DNA of 64,000 nt from Vicugna vicugna (taxonomy: Eukaryota). Where the stretch lies: the NCBI GenBank assembly GCA_013265495.1, contig MU058423.1:2867061-2931060 (forward strand), written 5' to 3'. The notes below the pieces were generated by a model. It ran no database searches and was not told the DNA's origin. It was given only the letters and a program-made list of their open reading frames with translations. The position numbers were made by a program, and so were the translations under genes. Below, one piece after another: positions 11,901-23,900 of the stretch; the stretch's first letter is position 1; every line of letters starts with the position of its first letter.

Positions 11901-14900
11901 TGGCTCTTTGCAGAGAAGGCCTCCAGGTGCTGGAGATGGGAAGGCAGGGGAGGATACTTACCTGCAAACAGCCCCGGAAGCCGCGGGCCACACCACTGGC
12001 CGGCCCAGGCACTCCCCCGACTGTCATGTTGCTCAGGTGCAGCCCATGCAGCCGGGGGCCCAGGTTGCCCTCTGCCCGCTGCTGCCCATAGTCAAAGGAT
12101 AGAATGGCATGGCCGGGGCCCCCACTGGCTCCCAGTGCCAGCTGTGCATGGTGCCAGTCGCCATCATTGGCCCGGCCTGGCTCCAGCCGGAGAGATGAGG
12201 CCTGGAGCCCTGTGCCCTCCACGCTCAGCACCACGTGGCCCTCCCGAAGCTGGCACCGGGAGAAAAGAGCGTCAGCAGCCTGCCTTCATCAGCTCTTGTT
12301 CCAACCCACTGTTCTCCTTCCTGGACCACCAAACCCATCCTACTGTTCAGCTGAGGCCAGAGAGGAAAATGTATTTCCCTTGGCCCCAACAGATGGCAGC
12401 ACTGATCCACCAAACGAACCCAGCTGCCTCTTCATTCAGGGGAAAGACTCCGCCCTGCCATCTTTGACCAACCCTGGCCAGCCTGCCCCCCTATCCCTCC
12501 CTGCGTTACCTGCAGGGTGATGGTGCTGCGCCCCCTGGTGACAGCCTGCAGCAGGACGCCGTCGGCCTGGCGTGTGCGGAACATAAGGCTGAGGTGCCAG
12601 GGTTGGGAGATGGGCAGCGAGAGGCCATGCCAGGCCACCAGGCTGCTGCCCAGGAAGCGCTGCGGATTGGCCATTTCTGGGGAGGCAGATAACAGCAGAT
12701 GCCGAGGGGCGGAGTGGCCTAGTGCCCCCAGACTACGATGCTCAACAGCGATGGCTCTATGGGAGTCAGGGCACAGCCTCTCCTGGTGCCCACTCTCCAC
12801 ATCGGCCCTGCCCTCTAGAGCACTTACCTGCCTTGGGCCCGCCCTGCACTGTGCCCAGGCCTGCCCCTGACTGGGCCCTTTGTCTCCCATGCTACCCTCT
12901 CAGGGCTCTGCCCAGACACGCTTTTCCACCCACAGCCCAGATGAATTGGGCCCTGCCCAGTACCTGCCCCGACCCTGCCAGTGTTCCCAGCACTGTTGAC
13001 GGCTCCCAGCCCTGGCCTCTGAAAGCTGCCCCTCCTACCCTGGGCACAGCTCTTGCCCCCGAAGCCCAGAGGGCACTCGCAGCTGAACGCATCCCACTGG
13101 TTCACACAGGTGCCCCCATTGTGGCAAGTGTTGCTGTCACACACGTTCTTCTTGGCAGGGCAGCCTAGAATGGAGAGGAGGGCGCTCAAGCAGAGGCTCC
13201 AAACAGAAAACCTGGGGCAGTGGCTGGAGGGGGCTTCGAGACCCCCACATGCAGGTGTCCTCATACCTGTCTGCATTGGGTCCCTGGCCTTGCCCCCACC
13301 CCAGCTCCCATACCAGGCACGGTGCCGTTGTTGGCAATGAAGTCGGCCATGTCGACATGCCGACTGTCCACCTGCAGGTTCCTCATGCAGCCCACAAAGT
13401 GCCGGGTGCGGACGGGGAAGCTCTCGGGCAGGTCAGGCACCCCGCCCAGCAGCAGGGGCCCTGTCAGGTCCAGAGACCTTGGGGAGCAAAAATGGTGGCG
13501 ACATGAGGGAGAGTGGGCACTTCCTGCTCTTCCTTCTCCCCGCGCCCTGCACCAAGCCAGGAGTCCCAGGGGCCCTGCAGAGCAGCCGGGGGAAGGGGAG
13601 CCCCAACCTGGAGCTGCTCTCATCTGCCCACCCCTCCCCAGACCACTGCGCAAGGCTCAGCTCTAATCCCCCAATCTTGCTCACTCCTGCCCCCCTCCCC
13701 AGTCCCCACAGAGAGCTGAGCAGCGGCAAAGAGAAGCAAGGGGAGGGAAGGCCCTCATCTGAATTGGTTCCCATTTTAAGGCCCCCAAAGGCCTCCCTTA
13801 CAACCCTCCCCAGCTGCCTGGCCCCACACTTCACTGCACCCCTAGCCCCCTCCCCTGCTTACTTCTTGCTGCCACCCTGGGTGCCCTGGGCAGCACAGGA
13901 GTAGTTGCCCAGCACAGCTCCGAAGCGCAGGGCCACACCTGTGTCACAGCCATCCACGGTCACCACAGCCACCTTCTGCTCAGATGGGCCCTGTGGGAGC
14001 CCTGTCTGGCCCAACAGTGGCTGTGGACAGGGCAGAGCAGAGATGAGAAAGAAGGGACAGGAGCCACTCAGTTCATGGGCAGGCACGAAGACACCAGCAC
14101 ACACTGACCACCTTTGTGTACAGCCCTACACACATATATGCGTGTACATACACACACACCACACAAATGTGTGCCCACATGACCTACATGCTTACCTTCT
14201 TCAATGTCCATTTAAGTATGTGCCTGTCTAACAGAACAGGCAGCGTCTACACCCCCCAGTGGAATGGGAATGCCCAGCACGGTGGCAAATTCCACCCCTC
14301 CCTCCTTCCCTTTCAGCCAGAAGTGCCATGACCAGCCCCCAGGAATACAGTGCCACCCAGGTCTGGGTGAGCACCTGAGCCAAGGACAGAGCCCTCCAAC
14401 TCCTTGCCCCCTCCCACACCCACCTTATTGTAGTACTTCAGCTGTACCGTGTGCCACTGGCCGTCACTGACCCCTCCAGGCACGAATGGGGACACGGTGG
14501 TGGTCGACTCCCCTGGGGAAAGGACCCAGGTGAGCTGGGACACCAGATGAGGGCTGGGCATGGGGAGGGTGTGCTCATGGTTGGGCTGGCCCCAGATCTG
14601 GCTGGGAGAGTGTGTGACTTGGGGTCAAGGGCCGAGAGACTTGGAGCCTCTAGGAGATGGGCAAGGACATGGGGCCACTGGGATCACCTGCAGAGAAGGT
14701 GAGCTGGATCTGCTCCTGGATCACCTCGAGGGCCACAAAGTCATGCTTCTCGTTGAAGCGCCCGTTGTATAACAGCAGCCCGTCGCGCTCCTTGGTGGCA
14801 AACCTGAGCAGGAGTGGGGGGTGGGGGCAGAGAATGGGGCACCTACCTGAATGCCAGCACTCCAGCCACCTAACTAGCCCTGATCCTACTCAGAACCCTC

Positions 14901-17900
14901 CAGAGGGCTGACTCTTTGGCCAAGGCTATGGGACATGTGGCTAGAGTGTGAAAGATGAGCCCAAACCAGGACCAGAACCTTGGCATCCTGGCTCCCACCC
15001 TTGAGGGTGTGGGGTGGGAGAAGCGATGGGTGGCCCTGGTGTGTGAGGGAGGCCTGCCGGCAAAGAATGCACACAAATCCAAGCGCAGACCTGGCTCTGC
15101 CAACAACCAGCTCTGAGCACTTTTGCTGCCTGACCTCCCTTGCCCACAGAAGAGGAGGCGCCCAGGCTCCCCCGGGCCCCCAGCCCCACGCCCCGGCACT
15201 CACGAGAGGGCCAGGGTGAAGTGGAAGCGCTGGCGCAGGCCCCGGAAGGTGATGAAGGAGCGGGCAGGGAAGCTGCGCGTGGTCACCTGGCAGAAGGGCT
15301 TTTCGAAGTCTCCGGACGGGCAGTCGCACTTGAAGCCGCCCACCAGCAGGTTGACACAGGTACCCCCATTCTTGCAGACACCCGGAGTGCAACGGCCTGA
15401 GCGGGCACTCACCTCGCAGTGCTCACCTGGGCAAGAGGTAAATCAGGTGAGCACCAAGTGCCTGGGGGGGAGGAGGAGGGGAACTGGGACTCCTTCCCAC
15501 CCAGTGATGCTTCCATGGTCTCCTGTGACCCCCATAATACTCCCAAATTCTCCCAGGCACCCCCACTTCCCCTCGTATGCTCATCTTCTCTGAGGTCCAT
15601 GAAACCCCCGCCCACTGGACCATTCTCACCACAATCCCATGTACCTCTCTCCTGCAAGTTCCATGAAGCCCCCAGTTCCTTCCATACCACTGTTTGGGCC
15701 TCAAGAGCAAAGCCTACGAGGTCACTGATCATAAGGCCCAAGCCCTAGTAGCCTTCGGTGCGAGGGCTACCAAGCAAGCTTGGGGGTGTTCTGGCCCCTG
15801 CAGGGGTGAGTACACATGGAAGGAAAGGCCTGCAGTATAGCACGAGGGCTGGTGCCAACCCCCCCGCCCACTGGTGCTTTTGTCCCTGTCAGGCGCCAAG
15901 ATCTGTTTCTCTCCCTAGGGATGAGACCAGGCTTCCACTTGGATTTGTCAGAGTTATGCGGAGGTATAGGCGGGAAGCTAGGGACTCTCCAGGAATGGGG
16001 CAGCCCTGGCGCCCAGACTGAGGCCCTCTGTGCACTTGGAAAATGCTGTGAGAGTAGGGAACCAAGCCCTGGGCATAGACCAGGATTCAATGGAGGAGCT
16101 GCAAATTCCAAAATCAGATGGAAAAATCCACCCCTTTCTCTCCCTCCCCATTCCCAGATTCTAGAGATAGGTTCTCAGCTCCAGTGCCTAGTGACTGGCT
16201 CTCGTTTCCATGGAAACTGTTGTTCGCCTACTCTAAGCACCCCCCCACCCCATCCTCCTGGACAAAGACTTCCTCCCCTCCCCCAAGCCCACCCCTCTGT
16301 TCCCCCCACCCACAGTAGCAGCTGAGAGGAGTCAAGTCTGGCAAGTTCTGGGCAGGAAGATGCAGGAGGGAAGGTGGTGGGGCCTGCCTACCACTGCTGG
16401 CAGAGCCAGTGGGCATGGCTCTGGAGGAGAGGGAGCCAGACCTAAGGCATCTGGGAAGGAAAGGCTCATAGAGGAGAGAAGGGGATGTCATGAGTAGAAA
16501 TGGGAACCTGTAGGGAGGAGTCAGGAGCACAAAGCAGGGGCAGTGAGCATCCAGAAAGAGGCTGGGGACAAGATGTGTAAAGACGCCAGTGGCCTTCAGT
16601 GCGAGGGCTACCAAGCAAGCTTAGGGGTGTTCTGGCCCCTGTGGCGGTGAGTATGCAGGGAGGAAACAGGCCAACAGGGAGGTCTTTTAGTCAGGACCCT
16701 GTTTTACACACCTGGGCAAGGGTGGGACTATGATGCTCGGTGTCACACAGGTGCAGTGATCTTCTGAAACCCCTACCCCCACACCCAAACCTCTCCAGTT
16801 TCCCCAGCCCTTTTGTATCTTCCCTTTAATACCTGGGAAGACAAGCACTCGTTGCAACTCAGAAGAGTAAATCACTCAGTAGTAGGGAGAGATTAGGTAC
16901 TAGGCCCAGCCTCTAATCAAGCTGTGAGATGAGACCAGGAACAAGTGACCTCAGCCTTCTTTTAAATCACAGCCAACATAATACTTCCTACAGGCCAGCT
17001 CTTCATACATATTAAATTAATTAAGTTAATCCTCACAACCACTTTATGATGTAAGTAGAGTCATTATCTTCATTTAAAAATACTAAGGCACAGAGAGGTT
17101 AAGTAATTTGCCCAAGGTCACACAGCTACTATTGTCAAAGCTGGGATACAAATGCAAGCAGGTTGGCTCTAGAACTCCGTTACACTGCCTAGTGGGGGAG
17201 AAGGCTTCCCTCTCTGACTTTCCCATTTGGTGGTTGTGAAAGAGCAAGGGGGGACTTGTGAATGGCCAGTGCACCCTGTACCTTACCCTAAAAAGGAATG
17301 AGGCCACCCCTGTTCTTAGCCCGATTGTGCTGGCACCGCAGCTAGTCCTCCAGGGCCGCCCCCAGGGGACCCTCTCCCTCGGTGAGGGCTCACCCGTGTA
17401 GCCCTCGCGGCAGAGACAGGTGTAGCCTCCCTCACGGCTTCGGCAGCGCCCATGGGGGCCACAGGGCCGCGAGTAGCAGAGGTCCACCTCAGTCTCACAG
17501 TAGTCGCCCGTGAAGCCGGGCGGGCAGCGGCAGCGCAGTCCCCCGACGGGGTGGATGGGCCGGAAGAGCACGGAGGAGGAGGCGATGAAGGGCGCGGAGG
17601 AATCGAAGCGCAGCACCGACACGCAGCGCATGTAGTTCTCGCATGGTTCCCGCAGGCAGATGTTGTCGTCAAAGGGCAGCACGCGCTGTGCGGAGATGGC
17701 CGTCAGCAGGCTGCGGTTGAGATACAGGCGCTCCTGCAGGTCCTCGGAGGGCAGGAAGGGCGGCCCGCCCCCGGGACCCGGCGGCTGGCCCACCGACAGG
17801 CTCACGTTGAGGATGTGGCCGCCGGGGGCGTCGGTGTCCCGCTGCACGTTGAAGACCACCACGTGGTCTGGCGGGGTGGCCAGAGTGGCAGCCACCGCCT

Positions 17901-20900
17901 GAATGAAGAGACCCAGAAGGGGCGACAGGAAGCGCTCCGGCGACATGTCCTCCAGGCGCAGCGTGATGCTGTGCGTGAGCATCTCATCCGTGATTATGGT
18001 GACGCGCAGTGCGCACTGGGCGGTCACACTGTGCACGCCGTCTGTGGAGAGGCCAGACGGTCAGGACCGGGGAGAACAGAGGTGCTGCGCCAGAGACCTG
18101 GCCCTGGGTAGGGGCACCGGGTGAAGGCAGCAAGTGCCGGCTGAAATCCAGCCTGCACACTCCTGCACTGCCCAGTTGCCAAGAAGGGGTCCCCTTTTCT
18201 AACTGGCATAAAGGTGCCCTCGGAAGTTATGCGTAAGTCAGGTGAGTCACTCCTTGAGGGATTAGCCCCCAATGGCACTTAAGAGGACCGATTTTCAGAA
18301 GTTTTCTTTGCATATTTTCCAGAAACCCTCTGCTGTGAAGCAAGGGCACATCAACAATATTTAGTTGAATTTTAAAACAAGAACAATAGCAAGTAGTGAA
18401 TATATTATTTTACTTTCTGTGCACCTTGCCTTGCCCAAGCCCTGGGACCTGCTCCCTTATACCAGACTCAATGCTTCCCTGAACAAGAATCCTGTTTTGT
18501 CTTTGTCTTAACCTCTCTACGGGGCCCAGAGCACCACGAGAGAATCACAAATACAATCCTCCTGCTCCCTCACAGCCTCTGTGTCCCAACACTACCATAA
18601 CTGTGACCCTGGCTGTGTTCTCCCTCCCCCACTGCAGCAGAGAGTCGGGGGTGAACTGGGTCAGTGGGCCACCCAGTCCCCCTCCCACTGAGCCCCATGG
18701 CTGCTTGGGCGCAGGCCCACTATCCCCATGGCAACGCCCCACACAAAGCATTCTTCCCGCCTAACTCTAGACTGCTGAGGGTAGCCTGGGGGGCCCCTGC
18801 CCCAAGAAATCCAGCTGAGCCACCCTACTGGTGGCAGCACCACCCACTTCCCTGATGCTATGGGGTTCTGGGGACTAGAGATGGAAGGCCCTGGGCAGCT
18901 CTCCACCCTGAGCCCCACATGGAGCCCTGCTGGGCTGACCACTCCTCTAGCCCCAGGGCCTCCAGCTACTCATCGCCCACTTGGCTCACTGCATTACACC
19001 CAAGTGCCTGGCACACCCCCAGGCCACACACTCACTTATAAGTAGCTAAGTACTAACACTCTGGTGTCTCACTCCACCCACACACCCTAAGTCCAGAAAT
19101 ACCATGCACACCTGAATGCACAAATACATGGCAATGGATTTTACTTAGCTCAGAATGAAAGCTGGAGGCCAAGGGGAGGGGGAAATGGCTTGGCAGGGCT
19201 ATAAGGGATATTCATGTTTTTTATTTACTACAAGGTGTACACATAGTAGGTGTTCGGTAAATAATAAGATGTTCATGAGAATCTATTCAGTCTCCATAAT
19301 GAAGAAATGGTCTTTAAAACACAGCAAAAGAGGCCCAAGTAGCTATTAAAAGGACATGCTAGCAGGAGTGGGGCAGGAGTTGGTGTTTCTGGGGTGGGGT
19401 GGGAGTAGGGGAGGGATCTGGGAATAGATTCTACTTCTATGTCATACCGACTTGAGATGGCTAACTACCCTGGTGGCTCAGTTGAGCCCGGGGGCAGGGG
19501 GTGCTAAAGCCAGACACCCATCTCAGCCATGTCCTCAGCCCACTGCCCACTTGCCCTCCAGCCTCATTGCTTGAGAATGCCAAGGCCCGCCTGCTCTCAC
19601 CAGCAAGCCTGCCTGTCATCACCCACTTCTGCTCCTCCTACTCTTGACTTGCAGCTACTGAACAGGCTGTTCTTCCTACCTGGCCTACCAAGACACCAGC
19701 CCACAGTCCTCCTAGTTTTCTAACCCGCCCTAACTCACCTGTGCCAGGAAGCCTGCCCAGATTTATGACCTCAGGCTCTATTTTTCTCCCTCTCTCAGAC
19801 CCCCCTGCACTTAGGTATGGAGCTGGCACAGGGCTCTTGTGTACCTGGTGCCAGTGATTCCTTGGTGGGATAGTCCCTCCAAGCAGAAAGCAGCCCAGGA
19901 GTCCACACAGAGTACTCTCAACTGATCAGGGAGAGGAGGGAGCAGTCAGGGCCAATGAGCAAGAAAACCTCACCACCACTCAGCCCTGGGAACAGGCACT
20001 CCTCCCTATGGCCCCAAGCCCCGCCTGTGCCCCTCGCCCAGTGTGTCTCTGTTGCTTCCCATCTGGTCCACCATCTGTGGCCACCTGCCCCCTCTGCTAC
20101 TGTCCCCCATCCCAGCAGTCAACCTACTGCTCTCTCCTTCCTCTTTGTTCCTCTCCCCTGCCTTGACCTGGGTCACCCCTCAGGTACAAAGACAACGGAA
20201 GGAACAGGGATGGGGAGGTGCTCTGCCTGAGCCATCTTCCTGGACAGAAAATGGTTGGGATGGACCCTGACCCCAGGAAACACCACCTGTGTCCAGAGCC
20301 CAGCCAGCCACACCTGGAAAAGTGCCAAGTCCCAGACTGTAGCAGAATCAGACTCTAAGCCTCTCTCCCCCTGGCAGATGTGCCAATGGAAGGTGTAGGC
20401 CTGGAGGGGGTCTGCCCCTCTGCGGGCTGACCAAGCCAAGGACAGGCGCTCCTGTGAGTCCTGGCAGAGTAAGAAAGAGGCAGGGAGAATTCAGGCTTCA
20501 GGAGAGCCATCCAGCCCAAGCTGGGGCAGCTGCAGCCACAGGGAACAAGAAAGGGGGAAGTCAGAGAGGCATAAACAGGGAGCCCAAACAGGGAAGACAA
20601 AGACCCAGGAAAAGAGCCAGCAGCGGAGAAAGTGGGAAAGGAGGAGAGTTATACAGGAGATGTGGAAAGCGCAGTGGACAGGGCAGTGCAGAAGGGCCCC
20701 TAAGGGCAGAAGCAGGAAAGAAAGAAGAGACAAAGAACAAGAGAAAGAAAACAAAGGGGCAGTGGGAGTCGATCCCCCTCACCCCAGCCTCCCTGAACTT
20801 TGGGGTTGCCGTGGTGACTGCCTCCAAGGGTCAGGGCCGAGGGGAGAGGGTGGGGCTAGTGCTGGAGGGCTAGCCAAGGCCTCCCCCTCTATTCTAGGGG

Positions 20901-23900
20901 AGCCGAAGTCTGGGGCTCTGTCCTGGTAGGAGCAGAAAAGCGGGGCGGGGCCTCCTCTGCCCCATCCCTCACCTAGGGAGGACGTGAGGGTGGACAGGCA
21001 GGAAAGGCGCTTCCTCTACCCCTTCCCACTGCCTCCCGGCACAGAGAAGGCCACGAGATAAGAGATAGGAGATACAGGAGTTCCAGCTCCCACTTTCTCC
21101 TCCTGAAGGCGAACTGAAGCTTCAAGAGGCACAGAGCCTTGTCCATGACCTCTAAAAGCTCACTTGCCCTGGTTCCTAAGGCCACCTGAGGAGTGGGGCA
21201 GGGGAGGCATTTGTCCAGGTAGGACCACAAATGGGGAGGGGGCTGAAGCCACGCCCTGTGTCTTGCACTCCTCTCACTCCCCTCCCAGCACAGACTCCTG
21301 GAATGGGAGTGAAGCCCTCCAGGTTCTACTTTTTCTCCCCACCTTGATGTGTCTGGAGTGGGGGTACCCTGACCCACCCATCCCCAGAGTGCAGCTAACA
21401 ATGAGCCCCTCAAGAGGGTCCCAGTTGTTCCCCAGCTTGGGGAAGGGGCTCAGCAACCTGGGGCTGGCCCGCTCCTGCTGCTGCTGCCGACTCCCTGTAG
21501 CCAACAGAAAAGACAGATTGTCGCCCCCACCCCAACTCTCCTCCCCCAGCCCTTCCGTCCAGGGAGTCTGCAGGCTGAGCGCTTGGCCAAGCAGCTGGAA
21601 TGCCCAGCCTGGGTCCCGGCCAGGCTCCCACGCCCCAGAATTCTGTTCTCTCACCACTGGATCAGGGGGCTCTGCCCTCAGGAGCCACCAGTCTCCTGGC
21701 TCATAGTGGTCCCCACACCCCATCCCCTGAGCACAGGCTCTCACGGCCCTCAAGGAAGGCCTGGAGTCTAAGAACAGCCCATGGGGACCCAGGAAACCTC
21801 AGCCTGCCCCTGGCTTCACTGCAGCCCCTCCCCCAAGCTGGACCCCAAACCACAACCTCTGACAGTGGGGTCTGTTTGGACAGAGACAATAAGCTCTGGC
21901 CTCACTTCCTGTGGGAGCTCTGAAGGGGGAGCCAGGCCAGGCTCTTTCTGCCTGGAGGGAAAAGAATGTACTAGACAAAGTCCCCCTCAGCCGGTCTGTG
22001 GCTCAGCCGGGAGCCAGAAGGGGCCCTACTGCAGGGTCCTGACCCCGCAGCAGCAACCCTGTGCCCCCGTAGCCTCAGCTCTGTCAGAAGGCCGTATGAG
22101 ATCACAGGGGTACCCTGTCGGGGGGTGTGCAGGGGTGCTGAGCGGGCCAGCTCGCCTCTCTGGCCGCAGTCCTCTCCATCCCTCTCCCAGCTCTCCCGGA
22201 CCCTAGTCTTCCACGCGCCTTTTTTCACAATTCTTGGCAGCCATAGTGAGGGCAGCCTCACAACACTTCCCCCACCACGTCCCAGGCTGGTAGGCAGGGG
22301 GCAGCCAACCGAAGCAGCCCAGCCTGGCCTGGGGCGGTGGGCTGGCCAGCACAGCTACCAGGATTCCTAGGGCTCCTTCCCAAGCTGCCTCCTGCCGCTC
22401 AACCGCTGGGCCACATACCATATGGGGTAGAGAGGCGGGTCAGCACTTTCTCCCTTGGACGGCTGCCCAGGCTCTCCCCCAAGGGTCACCCCCACTCCCC
22501 AATCAGCGGGGCCCTTCCTTACCTGACACCAGCACGCTCATGATGGCCTCCAGAGGTCGGTTGTTGTCCAGTGCCCGACTCAGCCTCAGCTCACCGGTGG
22601 AGGCATTGAGCAGGACTAGGCTGAGCTCATTCCCCCGCTCAAAGCTGTAAGTCAGGCTGTCAGAGATGTCAGGGTCATGGGCAGGCACCCGGCCGATGGC
22701 ACCCCCTGGGAAGCTGCTAGAACGGTTGGTGACATAGTTGTTGAAAAGAATCTCAAAGTTGCCCAGCACCGGCGGGTTGTCATTGCGGTCAAGCAGGCGG
22801 ACATGTACTGTAGCCCGGCTCACCAGGGGAGCTGACGTGGCCTGGATGACCAGGATGTATTCAGGCCGGTCCTCATAATCCAAGTCCACCAGGGCGGTCA
22901 GCTCCCCAGAGAATATGTCCAGCTGGAAGACCTCAGGGATGTTGCCCTCCACGATCTGGTACATGATCTGGGCATTGGTGCCTTCATCAGGGTCAGTGGC
23001 TGTGACTCGGGCCACAGCCAGCCCAATGGGGCTGTTTTCTTCCACAAACACATCAAACTCATCCTGCTCAAAGACAGGTGGATTGTCGTTCACATCCAAC
23101 ACAGTGACCGTCACTTCTGTGGGTGTGCGGGCCGGAGGCATCCCCTTGTCCACTGCATATGCCCGCAAGATGTACTGGGCCACATTTTCACGATCCAGCC
23201 TCCGCAGTGTGCGCACAATGCCTGATGTAGACTCTACAATAAAGTCACCATCTCCATCATTGCCCCCTTGGAAGGTGTAGAAGACCCTGCCGTTAAGGCC
23301 AGAGTCACGGTCAGTGGCTGAGATCTGCAGGACGCTGGTGAAGGGGGGCACATCCTCATAGACGCTGCCCTGGTAGGAATCCCGCAAGAACTGAGGAGCA
23401 TTGTCATTCACATCATTCACCAGGATCTCCAGGTAGGTGGTGTCAGACTTCTGGGGAATGCCATTGTCCCGGGCAGTAATGGCCAGGGTGTAGGACACCT
23501 GGTCCTCGTAGTCCAGCTCAGCCTGGGTAGTGACAGCCCCCGTGTCTGCATCAATGCGGAACTGGGGGATGCTGTCCTCCATAAAGTAGGTGATGCGGGC
23601 ATTCTCACCTGTGTCCTCATCTGTGGCACTAATTAGCACCACCGTAGTGCCTGCTGGACGGTCCTCGTTAACATTCACTGTGTAGTGGGAGCTCTGAAAT
23701 ACAGGACGATGGGTATTGGCATCGGTGACGTTTACCACCACTTGTGCTGTGTCCTGTCGTGTGCCATCGGAAGCAGTGACGGCCAGCACATACTGCCGTT
23801 CAAGTTTATAGTCCAGCGGCAGGGCGAGGGACACCAGCCCACCACCACTCTGGCTGGTGATGGAGAAGCGGTTTCGGGTGTTACCGCTGGTGATCTGGTA

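Noticed and set aside
17452..18111. 219-aa plus-strand ORF
   Set aside because: Antisense to exon 2, GC-rich shadow.
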